A stretch of DNA of 64,000 nucleotides from Octopus vulgaris (lineage: Eukaryota), in the NCBI GenBank assembly GCA_951406725.2, contig OX597815.1, positions 214,830,001-214,894,000 on the forward strand. Reading direction: 5' to 3'. Both the position numbers and the translations under genes were made by a program. How positions within the stretch are numbered: the stretch's first letter is position 1; every line of letters begins with the position of its first letter. Below are positions 28,151 through 38,619 of this stretch, piece after piece. The notes under the pieces are model-generated. The model was not told the DNA's origin, ran no database searches, and saw only the letters and a program-made list of their open reading frames with translations.

Positions 28151-30968
28151 CCTTTTTCTATGTATATTCTTCATTTCCACCTTATCAGGAATCCAACAGC
28201 GATGACATTTAAAATAATCCCACTATAGCAGGAACATGACATGACAGGGTTAAAGTTGTCTTTATTGATGCCTGTTTTTGCCCTTCAATACCTTTAAGAG
28301 CAAATACCAATTGTTACACTTTTCATGACCAGCAATTGAGGCAGGAAACTAATGTAGCTGATATTCCGTTTTGTCTTGTTTTGTGGTGTATCAGTGACTT
28401 GAATTTAAATTCACGGATTTGCAATTGTTTGTCAACATCTGTCCATCACTAGACAAGCATGCAACAACAGAAATACCTGCATCATTATCTTTCAGACAAA
28501 TCAACCAATCAGCTAATGTACAATTTCCTTCATTTACATAGCCATACTAGTGCCCAAACTATCCTACGTCATCAGCTTTTCTAACCAATCAGCAATCATT
28601 CCTATATAATTTGTTTCTCACTGATCAGCAATTTGGATTGTCGTTATGCTAATGAGTGTCATTAATTAGGGTTGTCTTGAGAAGCTTACAAAGCAGAGAG
28701 TTGACTTACAGTTTGTAAATGACTTATATTTTTTTAGTTAAAACAATGTTATTCTCTTTCAGCACTGCTTATCTTCTGGCATTGATTTTGTCTCCATTGT
28801 ATAGGTCACAAGTTCAAAACCTGCCCAAAGCATTATTCTCTTCTGTCTATTAATGTCTGCTTTGCATTAAAAAAAACTATATCTGTCTTACTACATAGGT
28901 TATGTTGACATTCACAACTTCATTAAAGCTAGAATATCTGTTATCTTACAAAGTTTCATTGACATTTCTATATCAACAAAACTGTGTTGACCCTTGAAAT
29001 AAGACTGCTGTCATAACAATGACAAGGTTTTCTTTTTTTGGGAAAATATTATAGGATGTATTGTAGCACTACTAGTCATAGTAGTATTGTAGCACTACTA
29101 GTCATATCTATGAATGATGATCTGTAACTTACTTAAGAAGATGCCTGTCAAAATGAACTAAAGACAACCAGAGAAGGAAGAAAATCTCCTACAGCTATAT
29201 GCCAAATTAGGACTTTCCTAAGACTTAAGAACTCCATGTAAGCAGAGATTTTCTTAAGCTAACAGCCTAAGTAGAACATAATCTAATTAGATTTCGGATT
29301 TATCATATGTTCTCGTTAAAACCCGATTGATAACAATGCACTGAGCTGATCTAATAATCACTTTATACCTTGCTATTATTGTGCTATAATTGTTTTGTCT
29401 GATTTGGTGCTTTCAACCATTGATTATAGATTAGAAATAAAGAAGAAAATATAGTAACCAGAAACTGTTGCTATTTTGCATTTTGTCTGTGGTTCATGAA
29501 CTTTATGAAGATTAGGAAGTTAAATGACAACTTTATATGTAATTATTTATCAAACTCTATCTTTCTTTTTTCATAAGATAGTCAGAGGTGAAGGAACAGT
29601 GCTCAATAATCATTGCCAATCCTTTCCAGGTTTATGAGATTGGTATGGATGATATAGCCCAAGGTTCCACACAGTGGGACTGAACCTGGAACCCTGCGGT
29701 TGGGAAGCAAACTTCTTACCACACAGCCACTCCTGCTTTGGCAACATCATAAATATATGAGTGCATGGGCAACCAACTGATATTGTGACATCTACCATTT
29801 GTAGTAACTTTACAAGATTTAATGGTGTGATCTGTTATTCAGGACTAGAGTGAGTGATGATGTACAGAGCTGCTTTCTTAATATGAGTGATGACTCAGTC
29901 TTTGTGTTGATGAAAGAAAGACAGTTGTGTCTAACATCAAGTCAAAGAGACATTCTAAAAGCGCTCAGTCATGATTACTTCTGCCAACTCAAACACTTTC
30001 TGTCTTTTTATGATCTTCAACAAATGAAAGCTTGGTGGACTTGGTTGGGACACATGAGAGAATCTGCCACTTGTTAGCAACGACATTTTCAGATTTGGTA
30101 CACATCTAATAAAAGAAAAACTGAAAGGAGTTTGTGTTTTAAAACTGGATTCACTTCTTATATCATGATTCAAGAAATATCTATCTGCAACAATGTATCT
30201 TTTACTTGTTTTCAGTCAACTGACTGTGGCCATACTGGGGCACTATTTTGAAGAATTTTTGGTCTAATGAATCAACCCTGCTACTTTTTTTCTTCTTGTA
30301 AGCTTGGTACTTATTCTATCAGTCTCTTTTGCCAAACTGCTAAATTACAAGGACATAAACACACCAACACTAGTTGTCAAGTGGTAGTGGGGCACAAACA
30401 CACATACACACATATATATGTATACACAACAGGCTTCTTTCAGTTTTCATCTACCAAATCCACTCACAAGGCTTTGCTCAGCCTAAGGTTATAGTAGAAG
30501 ATACTTGACCAAGGTGTTACGCAATGGGTCTGAACCCAGAACCATGTGGTTAGAAACAAACATCTTACCACACAGCCACGCCTGAGCCTATGTATAGAAA
30601 AATAATTAATATAGTAGAATTGAGATGATAATAAAATAAAACCACACGAGTTTGAAGTATCCAACAGTTCCAGATTATTTAATACAATATTCAGTCATGC
30701 TAAAACTTTATCAAGTTATATATTCAAAGTTGTTTGTTGGCGAGAAGATGTAATATTTTAGATTTATTCTCAATGTTCTCATTAAATTTGACTGATGACG
30801 AAGTTGATTTAATGATTTCTGGCTGTATGGTAAGAAGCTTGCTTCCCAACCACATGGTTCTGGGTTCAGCCCCACTGCGTGGCATCTTGGGCAAGTGTCT
30901 TCTACTACAGCCTCAGGCCCAACCAAAACCTTGTAAGTGGATTTGGTAGACAGAAACTGAAAGAAGCC

Positions 30969-31011
<43 letters not shown>

Positions 31012-32172
31012 TATGTATATATATATATATGTGTGTGTGTCTGTGTTTGTCCCCCCGATGCTCGTGTGTTTACATCCCTGTAACTTAGCTGTTCGGCAAA
31101 AGACACTGACAGAATAAGTACTAGGCTTCCAAAGTATAAGTCCTGGAGTCGATTTGCTGAACTAAAGGTAGTGCTCCAGCATGGCCACAGTCAAATGACT
31201 GAAACAAGTAAAAGAGTATGTTTCTTTATCTATTTATTATTTATTTATTTTGTTAATGGAATACACATTGTTTACAATAACCGTTTATTGCAGTTGTGTC
31301 AGTTGAGGGAACAACATAAAGAGAAATGGATGAAGAGTAAGAGCTTAGAAATCAGATGGCAATGATTGATTCAGTTACCTGGTTCTTTCAGTTCAATTGG
31401 GTGGATTTAGCAAATTGTGAACATGTAGCATGTCAATGTCCTTTGAGGATGTCAGTACTCTCCTTTATTCACTTTTCCCTAGGCTCAATACAATACTCAA
31501 TCTCCATGTACCCTGTTACAGAGCTGCTTTCCATACCATCGTGAACACTTTAAAGCAGATTACTTCTATAGAAAGCAAGGTGCAGGCATGGTTGTTTGCT
31601 TAAGAAGAAGCTTGCTCCCTGACCATGGGGCCTTGGTCAAGTGTCTTTTATTATTGCCCCAGGATGACCAAAGGCTTATGAGTGGATTTGATTGATGGAA
31701 ACTGTAAGAAGCCTGTTGTGTGTGTGTGTGTGTGTATTGGTCCCTTAGCTGACCAGTCACAAATTCTGTCTCTCCATTCTCCATCATTCAAAACATTTTC
31801 TAAGCATTACCCACTATTCTTATTTTCCTGGCCCCAAGGCCATATTTTGTTCAACTGTTTGTCCTCGTCCACCATCCTAAATCACACTGTGTCGTTTTGC
31901 TTGTTTTGTTTCATTTTGTTTGCTCTTGACCCTAATTCTACACAAGAAAACTTTTTTTTTTACGGACACCACCAATTGGGAAGCATTCAGTCTTATCGTT
32001 AAAGGTGCGAAACTGAAAAGTACCATTGGTCAATAACTGATGAAGAATTATGGACTTTCTCTTTGTTTCACATTTGTTTTTACATTCTGTATACATTATG
32101 TTGTTTGTTTATACATTTTAAAAATTTATATCTATTTAGACATGTGTGTGTGTGTATGTGTGTGTGTGTGTG

Positions 32173-32331
32173 TTATCTTGGTCAAGTTAGTCTTGCTATA
32201 GTGAGTAACACCTGTAAGTGCACAGTGTCTTCAGGAAAGTTATGACTTATAACATAAGTCATAACTTACCTGAAGACCCTGTGCACCCACAAGTGTAACT
32301 CAGAGTAGCAAGACAGACTTGGCCAGAATAA
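32173..32331. repeat. Foldback palindrome with a decayed hammerhead-like motif
   Basis: About 78-bp arms with loop 32251-32253. The right arm reads CTTAC-CTGAAGA-CCCTGT..ACAAGT-GTAAC-TCAGA-GTA-GCAAG. Confidence 0.8.
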
Positions 32332-32535
32332 AATACATTATATCATTAATCTTTACTATGGTGTTGTGTTCTCTTTTTTTCTGACAGTCATCTCTAAATA
32401 GTTTAAAATGGTAATAATGAATGTAAATACATCTCTCTTGGTTTCAACACTGAGTATTCTATTGTTTGATCAACTGAAGAAAAGCTCACACGCGCATAGC
32501 TTTGCATGTGTATATATATATATATATATATATAT

Positions 32536-32792
32536 GGAGGTACGTGGCTTAGTGATTAGGGTGTCAGCACCATGATCGTAAGATTGTGGTTTCGATTCCT
32601 GGACCGGGCGACGCATTGTGTTGTTGAGCAAAACATTTTATTTCATGTTGCTCCAGTCCACTCAGCTCGCAAAAATGAGTAACGATGTGGTGGACTGGTG
32701 TCCCGTCCAGCTGGGAAACACATACGCCATAGAAACCGGGAAACCAGGCCCATGAGACTGGCTAGCATTTAAAAGGGTGCATTTATTTATTT
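32536..32792 (+). mobile_element. SINE family C inserted in a (TA)n tract
   Basis: Same sequence as 6941-7201 in the opposite orientation. Confidence 0.9.
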
Positions 32793-32854
32793 TATATATA
32801 TGTATATATATATATGTATATATATATGTATATATATATATATGTATATATATG

Positions 32855-32885
<31 letters not shown>

Positions 32886-33024
32886 GTATATATATATATA
32901 TATATATATGTGTATATATATGTATATATATATATGTGTATATATATGTATATATATATATATGTATATATATATGTATATATATATGTGTATGTATATA
33001 TATATATATGTGTATGTATATATA

Positions 33025-33084
<60 letters not shown>
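32793..33084. repeat. Long compound (TA)n/(TATG) microsatellite
   Basis: Direct reading of the sequence. Confidence 0.95.
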
Positions 33085-33088
<4 letters not shown>

Positions 33089-33444
33089 AGTAGTTGAATG
33101 AATTATCTTATTAAGGATAATTCGAATTAACCGATACCTGGGTAGCAATTTCACATTAGAAAAAACACGGTTGAAGTTACGTGCCTAGGGGATAGATTAC
33201 GTGCTTTTGTGTGGAAATTTGTATGTTTATTTTGTAAATATAAATATATGAAAGAATGGAGCTGAACGACGAAGTAACAAAATTCCTTTATTTTCGACAT
33301 ATGTTTCGAAGGCTGCATATTCCTAATTGCGAAGGAATAAGGAGTACATTATGCCGCTTTCTCATCAGGAAAAGCAAGGAACATATGTCAAAAATAAAGG
33401 AATTTTGTTAATTCGTCGTTCAGCTCCATTCTTTCATATATTTA

Positions 33445-33447
<3 letters not shown>
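33085..33447 (-). mobile_element. Penelope-like pLTR-type non-autonomous element with inverted partial repeat
   Basis: 33238-33304 is inverted at 33381-33447, the element carries a hammerhead motif, and it is flanked by (TA)n on both sides. Confidence 0.7.
33285..33379 (-). ncRNA. Minimal type-I hammerhead ribozyme, apparently intact
   Basis: The minus strand reads CCUUGCUUUUC-CUGAUGA-GAAAGCGGCAUA...UAUGCAGCCUUC-GAAA-C-AUAU-G-UC|GAAAAUAAAGG. All core nucleotides, stems I-III and the GUC triplet are present. Confidence 0.85.
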
Positions 33448-33487
<40 letters not shown>

Positions 33488-33739
33488 GTGTGTATATATA
33501 TATATGTCTGCCAGCCTCGTCTGGCACCTGTGTCGGTGGCACATAAAATCACCCACTATACTCTCAGAGTGGTTGGCGTTAGGAAAGGCATCCAGCTGTA
33601 GAAACACTGCCAGATCTGACTGGCCTGGTGCAGCCTTCGAGCTTGCCAGACCCCAGTTGAACCATCCAACCCATGCTAGCATGGAAAGCGGACGTTAAAC
33701 GATGATGATGATGATGATGATGATATATATATATATATA

Positions 33740-34673
33740 CTCCTACAGCAGGAGTTGGACTCAATCTACAGATGGGCGCTGAGGATAATAATATGCAGTT
33801 TAATGCTGAAAAATTCCAGGCCCTGCACTACCAGCATCCAAAACTGAATATTAAACTTACAGGATACACCGGTCCACAGGGAATTTCAATCCCAGAGCCT
33901 AAGTCTGTGAGGGACCTGGTTATCGACATGAGTGATGATACCTCTTTCCAAGTGCACATTACCAGGATGGTGACAAAGTGCAGATGACTGGCTCGGTGGA
34001 TCCTAAGAACATTCAGAACCAGAGATAAGGAAACCATGATGGTCCTCTGGCGGACATTCGTCCTCAGCCACCTGGATTACTGCTCACAGCTATGGTCACC
34101 CACCAGTGTGAAATTAACAGCAGACCTTGAAGCAATCCAGAGAAGATTCACAAAGAAGATCGTCTCTTTGCAACACCTCAGCTACTGGGAAAGGTTGAAA
34201 CAGCTAAGACTCTACTCCCTGGAGAGAAGACAGAAGAGGTATGCAGTAATATATGTCTGGAAGATCCTGGAAGGAATTGTGCCAAATTTTGGCATTGTAA
34301 GCTACACCAATGCTAGAACGGGATGACACTGCATAGTGCCAAAGATCCCAGCAATGTCATCACGCTTCAGGACCAGCTTCTGCAACAGCCTGGGTTTCAA
34401 GGGCCCACAGCTTTTTAATATTCTCCCAAAGAGTCTGAGGAACTTGCACAAAGTAGATGTAGCGGTTTTTAAATCAAAGCTGGACATCTTCCTGTCAAGA
34501 GTCCCAGATGAACCTACCTCACGGCAAGAGGTGCAAATGAGGGTAGCTATATCAAACTCCGTTCTTCACCAAGTGTCACATATTAGACGAGGTTCTTTGT
34601 AATAACAGTGTAGCACAAAACGGCGGTGCATCAGCATGGCTGCAGCTCTGAGCTGAAACTAGAGAAAAAAAAA
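33740..34673 (+). mobile_element. CR1-clade LINE, 5'-truncated 3' fragment (RT C-terminal part and 3' UTR)
   Basis: ORFs 33772-33987, 34036-34326 and 34336-34602 share one frame broken by two TGA stops. Motifs include SVRDL, SHLDYCSQLWSP, LEAIQRRFTK, YWERLKQLRLYSLERR and FKSKLD. It ends in an A-rich tail. Confidence 0.9.
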
Positions 34674-35703
34674 ATGTATACATATATATATATATATATA
34701 TTGTGTGTGTGTGCAAGTACACACACACACACACCTGGTATCCACACATATTCTGTCTACCAAATTCATTCACAAGGCATTGGTCAGCCCAATGTTAAAG
34801 TAGAAAAGACTTGCTCAAAATGCTATGCAGTGGGACTGAACCTGAAACTATGTAGTTGCAAAGCAAGCCTCTTAACCACACTGCTATGTCTGCACCAATA
34901 TATTTATTATGCACTGTGAATACATGCAACAGCTAAAATATTTAAGATTGTCTTCATTCAGTTTTAAATCTTATGCACTGTTATACAGATCAATGTTATA
35001 CAAATCTCTGAACTCATAAGACTAGAAGGCCATGTACATTTGGACTTCACAATACTTTCATATGCTTGAAATATAGCCAAGTAAATACCAAAACTGAGAA
35101 TGCCATCATCATCATCAGTAGCAGCACCTGCATCATTTATTGTCTGTTTTCTGTGTCAGCATGGGTTTTGTGATTCAGCAGCACCTGGTGAGCTACATGG
35201 CTGCATCATACTCCAGTATCAGCTTCGGCAGGGTTTCTACAGATGAGTCTTCTTCCTCACATCAACTGCTTTATAGGGTCTACTCTCACTCTTTTACTTA
35301 TTTCAGTCATGCTGGAGCACCGCCTTTAGTCGAGCAAATCGACCCCAGGACTTATTCTTTGTAAGCCTAGTACTTATTCTATCGGTCTCTTTTACCAAAC
35401 AGTTAAGTTACAGGAACATAAACACACCAGCATCGGTTGTCAAGCGATTGTGGGGGGGGATAAACACAGACACACAAACATATACACACACATACATATA
35501 CATATATACGACGGGCTTCTTTCAGTTTCCGTCTACCAAATCCATTCACAAGGCTTTGGTCGGTCCGAGGCTATAGTAGAAGACACTTGCCCAAGGTGCC
35601 ATGCAGTGTGACTGAACCTGGAACCATGTGGTTAGTAAGCAAACTACTTACCACACAGCCACTCCTGCACCTATTTGTGCTGGATTTTTTTTTTTTGTGT
35701 TTT

Positions 35704-35841
35704 GTGAGGTTGCTAAGTAACTTGCAAACTAGTGAGGTTGCTAAGTAACTTGCAAACTAGTGAGGTTGCTAAGTAACTTGCAAACTAGTGAGGTTGCTAA
35801 GTAACTTGCAAACTAGTGAGGTTGCTAAGTAACTTGCAAAC
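35704..35841. repeat. Perfect 28-bp minisatellite, 4.9 copies (GTGAGGTTGCTAAGTAACTTGCAAACTA)
   Basis: Units start at 35704, 35732, 35760, 35788 and 35816. Confidence 0.95.
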
Positions 35842-36179
35842 CAAAATAGAACAAGAAAAATGAAAAGATCCCTTGACTAAGTAAGAGTGTGCATTTGAGA
35901 ATGGGGGATTTCCCCAGGGAGAGGTGACTTTATTATAGGTGTTCGAAAGGAAAGGGTTAAAGTATGATGGGGAGAAAAGCACTAGTGTCTTGCTATGGAG
36001 AAGGTGGATGGCTTCCTTGCATTATATGATGGTGGGTGGGAGTAACAGGAAAGACCATAGAGATGTTATTGATAGTGTGCCAGAGTGAATCCTTAAGGAG
36101 CAAGAGAGGATCTGATTGGTAGATTAAGAGTGGAATGGAAAAGTGTATGTATGAGGGGAGACTAAACTGATTAGAAGAG

Positions 36180-36485
36180 TTGTTGTTTGTTCCTTCTCGA
36201 GCCATGCCTGGCTCATAGGGCCGGTTTCTGGTTTCCTTGGCGTATAGGTTCCCCACCTGGACGGGACGCCAGTCTGTCACAGGTGAGCTGCAAGATACAG
36301 GAGGAAAGAGTGAGAGAAAGTTGTGGTGAAAGAGTCAGCAGAAGTTCGCCATTACCTTCTGCCGGAGCCGCGTGGAGCTTAGGTGTTTCGCTCATAAACA
36401 CACACATCGCCCAGTCTGAGATTCAAACCTGCAATCCCTCAACCGTGAGTCCGCAGCTCTAACTACTAGGCCATGTACCTCCACT
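36180..36485 (-). mobile_element. SINE family D
   Basis: Reverse complement of 3730-4031. Confidence 0.9.
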
Positions 36486-36721
36486 TGATTAGATGAGAGT
36501 AGTGGTTAATGTAGTAAGTGATGAACAAAAGTGGAGGTGCTGCTTGATGGAAAGTATCTGTTTGGAAGGTGGGGGTAAGGTGAGTGTGATAGAAGTGATC
36601 CAAGGATGATAGATCAGGAAATAGGGGATGACTGTTTAGGTTGGTGAAAATTATTTCCATTGTGTTATTTCTACTTATAATGTTTTTTTTTTCTGCTCTT
36701 CTCTTTGCATTTGCCGGACAG

Positions 36722-36992
36722 GATTCTCGAAATTGAAAGTAGTGGCAGGAGGAACGAAGTGAGGTTTTATTACACACATGACCAAAAAATACAAATTGAA
36801 ACATTCCCTTATAAACTTGCTGACAATCATTGGCACAAATTAGCACTAAGCCTAAGTGCAACAGACCTCACCTTATTTGTAGACTGTGAACAGATCTATA
36901 GACGAGTCATACTGACGTTGGACACAAATTTTAAAGCTGACAAAATATCACTGTTTTTAGGTCAACGTAACAGAGAATATGCACATTTTCGG
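36722..36992 (+). CDS. NELL: NELL-family protein, internal exon, TSPN/LamG domain
   Basis: Polypyrimidine tract with acag acceptor and gtaagt donor; 271 nt, phase 2 to 0. Encodes ILEIESSGRRNEVRFYY..ETFPYKLADNHWHKLALSLSA..LFVDCEQIYRRV..LFLGQRN..HFR, closely matching vertebrate NELL2 YLELESSGHRNEVRLHY..EVFPYILADDKWHKLSLAISA..DCNKIYERV..WLGQRN..YFK. Confidence 0.93.
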
Positions 36993-37990
36993 GTAAGTTC
37001 AATAGTCATTTCATCAATCTTCAATACATATTTCTTTTTTCATTTTTCTGGTTCTTCGTTTTATTATGCCTTTTGCATTGAATTTTCCTTCCATTTTATA
37101 TTGTTAAAATTTCTTTGTATTTGTATGTGTGTATAGCTAAAGTCAATATCTATTGACTATGCTTATCTATATATGAGTCATTTGTAATACAACTTTTATA
37201 AAAATGACAAAAGATTGCTTGACGAGTCATTCTGTGTTTCTTTTATAAGTATTATTTTTCCTTATATATATTCATAATGCAGCCGTCAGTTCAAATATCA
37301 CCACTTCAAACAACTTTCTTTTCTTCTATGAAACTCCAGATCATATTTGTATTTCATTGTCTGTATATTTTGGACATTTTACCAGAGAAAAACAAAAAAA
37401 AAAAAAGATACTTGAAAAGAAAATATTAATCTAGATTACCCGAAGTTAATCTGAAAATGTTAGTCTATACAAAACCTAACCTTTCTTTGAACTGTCTTTG
37501 CATTCCAATCCATAAAGATCAAACAAGCTTTGTCTTTAGTATGTCTCCTCTCAAATGATATGTACATAAGCAGAATGCCAAAACCTTATTTATTCTAGTT
37601 CAGAATGCTGAAAACATTGTGCAGTGCTGTGGAATATATGAGGGCTTGTAAATGAAATTCCAAATCTCTTTTTCTTTCCATTTTTTTCTCATATTATCAT
37701 CTCCCATCTTCAGAACTGAGAGAACACTTGTAAAATTTACAGTACTATCACCACTTTGAGAGTGGATTGTATTACATTGTGGTGCCCAATTACATCTAGG
37801 TGGACTGGGTTATTAAGAGCTATGTGTATTGACTATGAACCAAACACCTCTCTAATGACAATAGAAACAGCAAACTCATAATTTACTTCTTTGATGCCCT
37901 TTTCACTCTGTTAACGAGACTTAATTTATATCTATTCTTACACAATTCTTGTAATTGTGTGTCATGTGTTCACGTATCATCATCATTGCA

Positions 37991-38041
<51 letters not shown>

Positions 38042-38070
38042 ATATGTGTATACATGCATCATGAATCTAG

Positions 38071-38500
38071 GTACAGGTGTGACTGTGTGGTAAGAAGTTT
38101 GCTTCCTAACCACATGGTTCTCGGTTCAGTCTCACTGCTTGCCACCTTGAGCAAGTGACTTCTTGTACTATAGCCCCAGATGACCAAAGTCCTGCTAGTG
38201 GATTTGGTAAACAGAAACTGAATGAAGTCCATCATGTGTGTCTGTGTGTGTGTGTGTGTGTGTTACTGTCTCCTTACCTTGACATCATGTGAGAGTTGTA
38301 AATGAGTATCACCATTATGAAAGTTGTATCCTTTGTTTTCAAGGTTCTGTGAAAATTTGTCTCTGGTCATGGACAAATATTACCTTTCTTGGAAGCAGGT
38401 GAGTGTTGACAATAGAAAAGGCATCCAGTTGTAGAAAATTCCACCTCAACAAATTCCATCTGACTTTTGCAAGCATGGAAAAGTGGACACTAAAATGACA
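38071..38500 (+). mobile_element. SINE with family-A head and family-E-type tail
   Basis: Head as in 7808; tail AAGGCATCCAGTTGTAGAAAA..GCAAGCATGGAAAAGTGGACACTAAAATGAC. A related copy lies at about 13250-13625. Confidence 0.75.
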
Positions 38501-38579
38501 ACAGCAATGATTGTGTCTGTGTGTGTGCCTGCATGCGTGCGTGTGTGCGTGTGTGCGTGTGTGTATGTGTATATATACA

Positions 38580-38619
<40 letters not shown>

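Noticed and set aside
29079-29107. Short tandem duplication TATTGTAGCACTACTAGTCATA, and 19-bp degenerate repeats at 58012-58090
   Set aside because: These are ordinary slippage-type duplications with no further structure.
35704-35841. 28-bp direct repeats of CRISPR-repeat length
   Set aside because: The units are contiguous with no spacers, so this is a simple minisatellite.
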